From: Caecitellus pseudoparvulus
Lineage: Eukaryota > Protista > Bigyra: Bicosoecida
NCBI GenBank assembly: GCA_965644315.1
Contig: CBFFRQ010000083.1
Coordinates: 1-16,513 of the forward strand
Direction of reading: 5' to 3'
Length of the DNA: 16,513 nucleotides
Both the position numbers and the translations under genes were made by a program. Position 1 is the stretch's first letter. The number at the start of each line of letters is the position of its first letter. Under the pieces are notes generated by a model, which was given only the letters and a program-made list of their open reading frames with translations, was not told the origin of the DNA and ran no database searches. Below are positions 8,728 to 16,513 of the stretch, piece after piece.

Positions 8728-11540
8728 ATGGCGGCTGCGGCTGGCGCTGGTTCGGGTCCCCCCTCGTCCTTTGAGGAACTTTGCGCTGCGGGGCTTCCCC
8801 TTCCAAGCTCACAACTCGATCCCAAGAAAGGCTCTGTGCTTCAACCAAGACGGCGCTCAAGGAGATCTTCCCGAGCATTGGCTGGACAACCGGCGACAAG
8901 ACAAAGGCCACAGCCTACAAGGGGTCAAGTCTCCTGGGTCAACGAAGGATTGACCGAAGAGGACGATGCATGGTTGGCAGACATGGCAGCCGACACCACC
9001 CACCCCTTCGTGCCGATTGATCACCTGCGGCCGGCCTCCGAAACACTGACGCTGATGGAACGGATACTGCACGGTTGGCGTAGAGCGTCACCAGCCTACC
9101 TTCTGACAGGTCCCAGCGGCGTTGGGAAGACCCATCTGCTGGAGGCACATGCCCGGCAGTTGACTGTGAGGAGCGCCAGAGCGAGAGGCGGCCGGCTCAC
9201 ACTGTGTTGCAGCACGAAGCTTGCTTTACACGAGCCTTCAGACACCGAGAGCTTTCATGAGTGGCTGCTCGGGTCAGTCGCGAGCCAGCTGGCCGAGCTG
9301 CAACAACATGAGTCTGTCGCAAAGGTGCTGAGGCTGCTGGCCGGCTCTGCACGTGGGAACCCTGCACGGCAGACGGTAGACGTGCAGCATCTGCTGGCCA
9401 TGGCTGCAAGGGACAGCACCGGCAGCACTCCACCCACAGAGCTGTCGCCCGAGGTGCACACAGCTCTGACTGGTGCTGGCACGAAGAATCGTCTGGGCCT
9501 GGCCTGCGCCGTGTTGAAGGAAGCCAACATCGCCGTCATTGTGCTCATTGATGACGCCGACTGTCTTTTCCAGGGCAAGCACTTCACACGGGGGTGTGCG
9601 AAGCGGTGGTGCGCGCAGCTGCGGCAGATGCTGTCTTTCAAGTACCCTGCAGTTGGCGTGGTCCTGTGCACAGCCTTCCAGCGGGCCGACCAACTGTTCG
9701 AAGACGATGGAGATCATCATGACTTCCCGCCCCGCTTCACACATCACGATCTGCGAAAAGACTGGAACGAGGCCTTGATCGAGCACGTTCCTCTGGGGGG
9801 GCCTGCCTGGAACTGCACGTCTCTCATGGCCTTCCTCCTGACACACGCGGGCAGGAAAGTGGGCAGCTCATTCTCCCTCTTCCAGCGCCACCTTGACCAG
9901 CAGCCGTCAGAGGTAGCGCTTCGGGTGGCCAGGGGCTCGATGAGCTGTGCCTGCGGGGCTGGAAGGGGGGCGCTGGAGCAAGCTCTGCCGAGAAGCTGGA
10001 CGCTTTCCTGGTGCACATCATGGAGCAGTTCGGGCACACACCCAAAGACCTGGAGCGTGCGGTGCCTGAGCTTCTTCGTGCATGCCAAGCGCCTCAGACA
10101 TGGCCAGTATCCAAGGTGACTGCACGCAAAGCTGTCTCACGTGAACATGCCCGTATGTTCAGGCTGGTGATGGATACTTTCATGGAGATCTTGCCGGATG
10201 ACGAGCAGGAACAGCTGGCCAAGGACACCCTGCTCACCTTCCGCTCTGGGCGGTACGCCGTGTCCAGTTCGCTGTTGGAAGAGTTCCTGGACGTATACAT
10301 CACCCGCCAGGCACAACAGGCCGCAGCCGCAGCAGGTGACAGCGCAGCTCACCAGGCACGTGCGCTTGTATGTCCGGCTGCTCTTCATTGCGTCAATACT
10401 GCCATGGATGCTGGGTGGCTCTCACCCCACCCCCCCCGTGGTCTGAGCCTGGGGAGCCTGCAAGTGTACCGCCAGAACATGTGTGGGGGTGTGCACCCTG
10501 ACATCATCAGGTGGATGCGGGGTGGTGGGTTTGGCGAGCAGGCTGAGATGCCCATGGCCCTTGTCTTTGCGAGGATGCCGAGGTTCAAAGGACGTGTGCT
10601 TGTAAAGCGTGCTGACGGGTCAGTATGGTGCGGCAATGATGACGCAGAAGCTGGAGAGCTGGTGGAGCTGTTTGTTAGGCGGCGTAGGAGGAAGGCTGCT
10701 GGCGCGCGCCAGCCCGAGGCCGTGCCTGCTGAGAAAAGCTGTGCAGCACCTGCAGAGGCGGGCGCTGAGGGAGGTGGCGCGGCAGCTGAAGGTGGTGAAA
10801 GCTGGCTTGCCCGTGCGGAGGCTGCGTGTGAGTCGCTCAAGAAGGCTCCTCGTGAACTACAGGAGCTCTTGACTCTCACCCAGGGTGGTTTCTGGGTGAA
10901 GGAATCGCCCGATGAAAATGGAGCCGACCTCTTGGGGGTGCTACCCAGTGTTGGTGCTGACGGGCTGTCTGTCAAGGTCGTGCGAGTTCAGGTAAAGCGA
11001 GCCATTCAGGACACACTGAAGGACCCTCGCCAGCACGAGAGAGCTGGTGCCTGTCTGCGGGAGGCAGTGGCGAAGCTCCTGGGTGTGGAGATCTTCAGTG
11101 ATGGAACGGCAGCTGATCTGGAGAACATTCACCTACCAGTGGTCAGGGCGGTGTGGGACATCATTGCTGTCGCCATCATTGCTGGCAAAGACGGGTGGCA
11201 TGTATTGGACGACAAGCATTTGGTAGAAGTGAAGCTCAAGGAGCTCTTTGAAAGTGGAAAGGTCCGCTTTGAAGATGGTGGGGCGTGCGTTGCCATGACA
11301 CACGTGCCATCTCGAAGAACAAAGCAAAATGCGGAAGAAAAGGGCATCCAGGTCTTTGATGGCAAAGATCTGAAGAAGTACTGGGGGAGGGTGGCGGTCG
11401 TGTGTGCTGCCGCAGGTGTGTGGCTGTGGGATGGTGCGGCCGGCAGGGACACCCCCCAACAACCAGGAGAACCCGAACGCAGTGGGAGTGCCGACGACGG
11501 CCCGTCTCGCCGGCCCAGGGTGCCCGAAAAGGGCAGGTAG
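8728..11540 (+). CDS. STAND-like P-loop NTPase fused to a C-terminal Mrr-like PD-(D/E/Q)xK restriction-endonuclease-fold domain (copy 1); ~937 aa after correcting one frameshift at 9932-9935
   Basis: ORFs 8695-10119 and 10011-11540 join if one G is added to the GGGG at 9932-9935; copy 2 has GGGGG there and reads through. Walker A GPSGVGKT (9109-9132), Walker B VIVLIDDAD (9535-9561), strand GVVLCT, GxP-like FGHTPKDL, winged-helix-like NTAMDAGWLS. Nuclease motifs: GFGEQAE (~10527-10547), DENGADLL (D at 10926-10928), VRVQVK (QxK 10989-10997), and the tail CVAMT...NAEEKGIQVFDGKDL typical of Mrr_cat-type domains. Ends in tandem stops TAG TAG. Start could instead be ATG 8695. Confidence 0.8.
8950..10637 (+). 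repeat. High-identity direct repeat core, copy 1 (partner 14137-15819)
   Basis: Offset is 5187 nt at the start and 5182 at the end. From ~9410 to ~10500 I saw only two homopolymer-length differences. Alternative-frame ORFs in the provided track have identical translations in both copies (e.g. 9539-9778 vs 14726-14965; 10137-10388 vs 15325-15576). Confidence 0.97.
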
Positions 11541-11785
11541 TAGCGTAGCAGTTGGAATGCAAAGCAGCACCGTGTGCCCAGTCTCTCCCGCTGACGCCAT
11601 GCCTGGCTCCCTGCACTCCTCACCCGCTGCACGCCACTCGCCCCTGCTGACCCAGATCTGTCGCGCGACACAGCTGCTGTGGAGATTGGACAGAGCTGAT
11701 CACCTGCTCTGCTGCCGCTTGCAGCATGCTGGGATCCAGTTCAGACCCCACCCGCCCACTGAGTGCGCGACGCAGCTTCATGATG
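11504..11785 (+). repeat. Diverged downstream flank of the duplicated unit, copy 1 (partner ~15869-16155)
   Basis: Shared AGCAGTTGGAATGCAAAGCAGC (11547-11568 = 15912-15933), CTGCACTCCT, CCCAGATCTG, GTGGAGATTGG and CTTGCAGCATGCTGGG in colinear order. Confidence 0.88.
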
Positions 11786-11790
11786 CACCA

Positions 11791-11813
11791 GGCACACATG
11801 GCACACATGGCAC
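11791..11813. repeat. Short tandem repeat (GGCACACAT)x2.5
   Basis: GGCACACAT GGCACACAT GGCAC, located where homology between the two units ends. Confidence 0.8.
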
Positions 11814-11957
11814 GGGTGGCAGGTATGCCCAGTGCAGCAGCAGTGCCGGCCACCCAGGCCAAGGTGGCGGACGCGGAGTGATGGATCGGCGATGTAATGC
11901 AAGGCAGTGCCCGGCGCATCATCACGCAATGGTTGCATTCACAATGGTGCCTGTGCG

Positions 11958-13565
11958 TCAGGCCTTGGAGATGGCGGCACGTGCAGCCTTGACGATGGTG
12001 GCGTGGTCCGCTGACAGGAAGGCGCCAGTCTTGGCGGTCTTCCACTTGGTAGCCTCCTCCTTGGTCACGATGCCCTGCTCCAGGAAGTACGCTGTGAAGG
12101 CCCCGATGACTGCTGGGCGAGCGTCGGCGGTGTACATGTCCTCCAGTTGGCAGTAGCGCCCAGTGCCTTCAAGCAGGAACGCCGCGAACTCCTCCGCTCC
12201 AGCGGCACGCCCGGCATCGGCGATGGTCTTCACGGCACCCTGCACCTTGTGCAGCTGCTCGACGTCTGCGGCACCGGCATTGCCGCCCATGCCAGCGTTG
12301 CCAGCATCACCGACCAGCTGCAGGAGAGCACTGGCCGCGGCGGGGGCGCTGGCACCGGACAGGTGTGTGCTCCATGCGGCGGCGATGTCCTCGGCACCCT
12401 TCCGGTCTGACTCTTGGCGCCATGCCAGCAGAGCCTGCAGGTGGGCCGCATCAGGGTGCGAGGCGATGGCGTCGCACTGCAGGGCAGCCGCCATGTTCTT
12501 GGTGAAGCCCCGCGTGTCGAAGGTGCAGGGGCCAGCCAGTGGCATGAGGCTGACGTCGTGCGGGATGGTGACGGGAGGGCCGTCCTCCTTCACCTTGGCG
12601 GCCTCCACCAACATGGTGCCAAGCAGGGCCAAGCCGGAGCCAGCGAAGAATGCGGTGCCAATGCTGCACAGCCGCACCAGGGTGGCCACGTGCATGCTGC
12701 CGTTGTTGATGACGGGGGCGAAGAGCTGCGAGGAGAGGGCAGGGCGGGAGGAGTGAGGCGGGCCGGCACGGGTGCAGGCGGGTGCGGGCGGGGACGTGTA
12801 TGCACGGCAGTTGGTCAGTAGGCCTAGTCGCGGAGTGAAGATCAAGGCGGCAAGCCGCTCAGAATAGAGGTGTCAGAAAGTACGCGAATCGTCATCCCAA
12901 CGCCAGTGCACACACGGACACCGGGCGTGCGCGTCACGTACCACTCCCAAGTACACGTCCACCTTGGGCAAGTCGTACGCCTTGAAGTCCTTGTAGCCGG
13001 CGAGGTGGGTGGCGAGGCCGCTCACCACGTCGTCCTGTGTGATGGCGTCCTTGGCCCAGGCCAGGGACAGCAGCAGGGCAGCGTCCTCTCGGGCTTGGGC
13101 GTCCTTGGCATCCTTGGCCACCTTGAAGGCCTCTGAGATGAGGGCCTCACCCCGACCAGTGGAGGCTTGGATCTCCTGCAGGGAGGTCACGAGCTCCTTC
13201 CCGGCGGGGGTGTCTTCCAGCTCTTGCAGGGATGCCTGTCGGTGTTCGCTGCGCAGGTTGGAGCCGAAGTCCGTGAAGAAGGAGGCCACGCGAAGGACCA
13301 GGGCATCCCCCTCCAGAGCCTCGGACGCTGCACCAGCTGCTGCAGCTGCTGCCGTCGCCTTGGGGGAAGCTGCTTGTGGAGAGCGGCCGACACCACCTGG
13401 GCGCCCTTGGGGGCGACCACTGCGCCGCCCACCAGCTCGAGACGCGTGGCGGGATGTGCCTGTCGCATCAGGGATGTTGTAGCATTGCACACCCTCGGCC
13501 GTGTTCCGGCTGTTTGCGAGCATTCCCGGTTTAGCAATGCTCAGAATGGTCATTATGCAGTTCAT
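11958..13565 (-). CDS. eIF4G C-terminal-half-like protein (MA3 + W2 domains); exons ~13565-12942 and 12725-11958; start uncertain, probably 5'-truncated
   Basis: Minus ORFs 12873-13649 and 11958-12845 join in frame through a phase-0 intron to give ...KDAQAREDAALLLSLAWAKDAITQDDVVSGLATHLAGYKDFKAYDLPKVDVYLGV|LFAPVINNGSM..., an MA3 signature (re..a.Ll..L....it...v..G......D...DlP....yl). The C-terminus AFTAYFLEQGIVTKEEATKW resembles the W2 aromatic/acidic box. Codon usage is strongly GC3-rich over these domains. In-frame ATGs at 13565, 13553 and 13523 lie in compositionally different sequence. Confidence 0.72.
12726..12941 (-). other. Spliceosomal GT-AG intron, 216 nt, phase 0
   Basis: Minus-strand donor GTG|GTACGT at 12941. 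Acceptor CTCAC...CCCTGCCCTCTCCTCGCAG|CTC at 12726, with a pyrimidine tract and a branch-point-like CTCAC. Removal keeps the frame and completes the MA3 motif. Confidence 0.85.
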
Positions 13566-13818
13566 GACCTTGTCTGGGACTGCCAATTTGGGCAGTGAGC
13601 CCGTCAATATCACCGCGGTCCCTGCACCCCTCCCTCCCACCTCAGACAACCCCCCTCAAACAGTTCGCGACACTCTGCGCTCTGCCACAATCCACAAGCC
13701 GCGCACACGTTCCGATCCTATCATGTCAACGCACCTGCACCAACGTCTGTGTTTCCGGTTCTCTTCTGCGTCTGACTCCTCTTGCGGCACACACTACGTG
13801 ATTGCGTCGTGTGTTGAC

Positions 13819-13981
13819 GACTAGCCAATTTCCGCAAGTCTAATCTTGCACGAGCTGTGGATCGCGAGCCAGCCGCCATTTGCCTTTGCAGCACCGCCAA
13901 GTTGGCTCTTGAACACTCGAAGTAACAGTGAGTGCAGTTCTGTGGCGTGGTGTGGTGCCGCTCGTGAGCGCACGTGCCTGC
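13819..13981 (+). repeat. Diverged upstream flank of the duplicated unit, copy 2 (partner ~8539-8703)
   Basis: Same shared blocks as the partner. Confidence 0.85.
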
Positions 13982-14031
13982 GTTGCCGCGCGCAGTCAAC
14001 ACAGGCACGATCTTCGCATTGACTCACAGGC

Positions 14032-15696
14032 ATGGAAAAAGCAACGGTTCTCGCACATCCCCTGCGTGGCACACAACAACCTGGTCCCTTTGAGGAGATG
14101 TGTGTTGGTGCGCAGCCCGTAGGCACACATCAAGCATTGACCGAGGATGACAAAGCCTGGTTGGCAGACATGGCAGCCGACACCACCCACCCCTTCGTGC
14201 CGATTGATCACCTGCTGCCGGCCTTCGAAACACTGACGCTGATGGAACGGATACTGCACGGTTGGCGTAGAGCGTCACCAGCCTACCTTCTGACAGGTCC
14301 CAGCGGCGTTGGGAAGACCCATCTGCTGGAGGCACATGCCCGGCAGTTGACTGTGAGGAGCGCCAGAGCGAGAGGCGGCCGGCTCACACTGTGTTGCAGC
14401 ACGAAGCTTGCTTTACACGAGCCTTCAGACACTAGTAGCTTTCATGAGTGGCTGCTCGGGTTAGCCGCGAGCCAGCTGGCCGAGCTGCAACAACATGAGT
14501 CTGTCGCAAAGGTGCTGAGGCTGCTGGCCGGCTCTGCACGTGGGAACACACCAGGCGAGTCGGTAGACGTGCAGCATCTGCTGGCCATGGCTGCAGGGGA
14601 CAGCACCGGCAGCACTCCACCCACAGAGCTGTCGCCCGAGGTGCACACAGCTCTGACTGGTGCTGGCACGAAGAATCGTCTGGGCCTGGCCTGCGCCGTG
14701 TTGAAGGAAGCCAACATCGCCGTCATTGTGCTCATTGATGACGCCGACTGTCTTTTCCAGGGCAAGCACTTCACACGGGGGTGTGCGAAGCGGTGGTGCG
14801 CGCAGCTGCGGCAGATGCTGTCTTTCAAGTACCCTGCAGTTGGCGTGGTCCTGTGCACAGCCTTCCAGCGGGCCGACCAACTGTTCGAAGACGATGGAGA
14901 TCATCATGACTTCCCGCCCCGCTTCACACATCACGATCTGCGAAAAGACTGGAACGAGGCCTTGATCGAGCACGTTCCTCTGGGGGGGCCTGCCTGGAAC
15001 TGCACGTCTCTCATGGCCTTCCTCCTGACACACGCGGGCAGGAAAGTGGGCAGCTCATTCTCCCTCTTCCAGCGCCACCTTGACCAGCAGCCGTCAGAGG
15101 TAGCGCTTCGGGTGGCCAGGGGGCTCGATGAGCTGTGCCTGCGGGGCTGGAAGGGGGGCGCTGGAGCAAGCTCTGCCGAGAAGCTGGACGCTTTCCTGGT
15201 GCACATCATGGAGCAGTTCGGGCACACACCCAAAGACCTGGAGCGTGCGGTGCCTGAGCTTCTTCGTGCATGCCAAGCGCCTCAGACATGGCCAGTATCC
15301 AAGGTGACTGCACGCAAAGCTGTCTCACGTGAACATGCCCGTATGTTCAGGCTGGTGATGGATACTTTCATGGAGATCTTGCCGGATGACGAGCAGGAAC
15401 AGCTGGCCAAGGACACCCTGCTCACCTTCCGCTCTGGGCGGTACGCCGTGTCCAGTTCGCTGTTGGAAGAGTTCCTGGACGTATACATCACCCGCCAGGC
15501 ACAACAGGCCGCAGCCGCAGCAGGTGACAGCGCAGCTCACCAGGCACGTGCGCTTGTATGTCCGGCTGCTCTTCATTGCGTCAATACTGCCATGGATGCT
15601 GGGTGGCTCTCACCCCACCCCCGTGGTCTGAGCCTGGGGAGCCTGCAAGTGTACCGCCAGAACATGTGTGGGGGTGTGCACCCTGACATCAAGTAG
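14032..15696 (+). CDS. STAND-like P-loop NTPase lacking the nuclease domain (copy 2), 554 aa; truncated paralogue or recent pseudogene
   Basis: Near-identical to copy 1 over the NTPase, with intact Walker A GPSGVGKT and Walker B LIDDAD. Ends at TAG 15694-15696 where copy 1 has TGG. Confidence 0.75.
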   Translation: MEKATVLAHPLRGTQQPGPFEEMCVGAQPVGTHQALTEDDKAWLADMAADTTHPFVPIDHLLPAFETLTLMERILHGWRRASPAYLLTGPSGVGKTHLLEAHARQLTVRSARARGGRLTLCCSTKLALHEPSDTSSFHEWLLGLAASQLAELQQHESVAKVLRLLAGSARGNTPGESVDVQHLLAMAAGDSTGSTPPTELSPEVHTALTGAGTKNRLGLACAVLKEANIAVIVLIDDADCLFQGKHFTRGCAKRWCAQLRQMLSFKYPAVGVVLCTAFQRADQLFEDDGDHHDFPPRFTHHDLRKDWNEALIEHVPLGGPAWNCTSLMAFLLTHAGRKVGSSFSLFQRHLDQQPSEVALRVARGLDELCLRGWKGGAGASSAEKLDAFLVHIMEQFGHTPKDLERAVPELLRACQAPQTWPVSKVTARKAVSREHARMFRLVMDTFMEILPDDEQEQLAKDTLLTFRSGRYAVSSSLLEEFLDVYITRQAQQAAAAAGDSAAHQARALVCPAALHCVNTAMDAGWLSPHPRGLSLGSLQVYRQNMCGGVHPDIK

Positions 15697-15819
15697 ATGC
15701 GGGGTGGTGGGTTTGGCAAGCAGTCTGAGATGCCCATGGCGCTTGTCTTTGCGAGGATGCCGAGGTTCAAGGGACGTGTGCTTGTAAAGCGTGCTGACGG
15801 GTCAGTGTGGTGCGACAAT
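14137..15819 (+). repeat. High-identity direct repeat core, copy 2 (partner 8950-10637)
   Basis: Direct sequence comparison, as for copy 1. Confidence 0.97.
15697..15819 (+). pseudogene. Post-stop remnant of the start of the nuclease domain in copy 2
   Basis: Reads MRGGGFGKQSEMPMALVFARMPRFKGRVLVKRADGSVWCDN, homologous to copy 1 10515-10637. Homology then breaks: copy 1 10638-11503 (866 nt, including the GAD and QVK motifs) corresponds to only 49 nt (15820-15868). Confidence 0.85.
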
Positions 15820-15868
15820 ACTGGCTCAAGGTCTTGATCACTGGGGTAGTGAGGGCTCCCAGCGTGTA

Positions 15869-16155
15869 GTCCCGCCGACCCAAGGTGCATCAACGATACA
15901 GGCAGAAGCGCAGCAGTTGGAATGCAAAGCAGCGCCGTGCACCTGGCCTTGAACGCCGGCACCGTGCTGGCTCTCTGCACTCCTAACTCGCCGCGCGCCT
16001 CTTGCCGCTTCTGCCCCAGATCTGGTACGCAACGTATCTTCCGTGGAGATTGGGCTGGGCTGTTCAGCTGCGCTGGTGCTGCTGCTTCTTGCAGCATGCT
16101 GGGCCCTGCTGAGACCCCGCTGGCCCATTCACTGCACGGCACAGCCTCCATCACC
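15869..16155 (+). repeat. Diverged downstream flank of the duplicated unit, copy 2 (partner ~11504-11785)
   Basis: Same shared blocks as the partner. Confidence 0.88.
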
Positions 16156-16513
16156 TTGCACGCTGCAGAAGATTTCCTGCAGTCAGGAGTGGCAAGTGCA
16201 GTCACGTCGCCCAGTGCTGGAGAAACGCTGACTGGTTCAGTGATCTGAAGAAAAGAATCAGCGTTGACTCCCCCACAAATCCCCGCACAAGATCTGCCAC
16301 GCACCTGTCTCAGCAAACCGTGAACCGACAGTTTTCACCGTCCTCCAAGGACTGTTCTGGCATTTTCAATGCACGCTTGACCACTTCGCCGTCGCTCACA
16401 GTGCTCGGGCGCAGCGTTGGGGCAGGGTCGACTCAAGATCGCGCGAAGCTGTCCCTCAACCAGATCTGCAAAGCAGCTTTCGAGCGCCATGTGAGGAAGC
16501 GGGTGCCACGTAC

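Noticed and set aside
8695-11540. Two separate genes, or bacterial contamination
   Set aside because: Copy 2 reads through the junction in one frame, and the flanking genes are eukaryotic with similar base composition; no operon-like features seen.
13879-13917. Peptide ICLCSTAKLALEH resembling the NTPase segment LCCSTKLALHE
   Set aside because: Short, lacks flanking similarity and is not kept in copy 1; treated as coincidence.
11790-14130. AGGCACACAT at 11790-11799 and 14121-14130 as a target-site duplication
   Set aside because: The interval includes unit 2's own upstream flank, so it does not delimit a coherent insertion; a 10-mer match is plausible by chance.
15573-16316. 247-aa minus-strand ORF
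   Set aside because: Non-ATG start, crosses the deletion junction into antisense NTPase sequence, and the homologous copy 1 region is not open in a single frame.
1-16513. CRISPR arrays, tRNA/rRNA genes, LTRs/TIRs, telomeric repeats
   Set aside because: None seen on reading; not excluded computationally.

Overview
GC-rich, intron-poor eukaryotic DNA from a flagellated/ciliated organism (taxon not determinable here). 1-~8.3 kb: a long single-frame SPEF2/CPC1-like central-pair gene that starts just upstream of the window; its canonical C-terminal EF-hand region is not recognisable. ~8.3-16.2 kb: an accessory region with two direct copies of a unit encoding a STAND-like P-loop NTPase. Copy 1 is fused to a C-terminal Mrr-like PD-(D/E/Q)xK nuclease and has a single 1-nt homopolymer frameshift. 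Copy 2 has an intact NTPase ORF but has lost the nuclease through a stop codon plus a deletion. The copies are nearly identical over about 1.7 kb of NTPase sequence, while their flanks are much more diverged. Between them, on the minus strand, lies a two-exon gene resembling only the C-terminal half (MA3+W2) of eIF4G. Best candidate for an undescribed system: a eukaryotic NTPase-nuclease module with a nuclease-less partner, each copy abutting an apparently truncated housekeeping gene. All domain calls come from motif recognition by eye; no searches were run.
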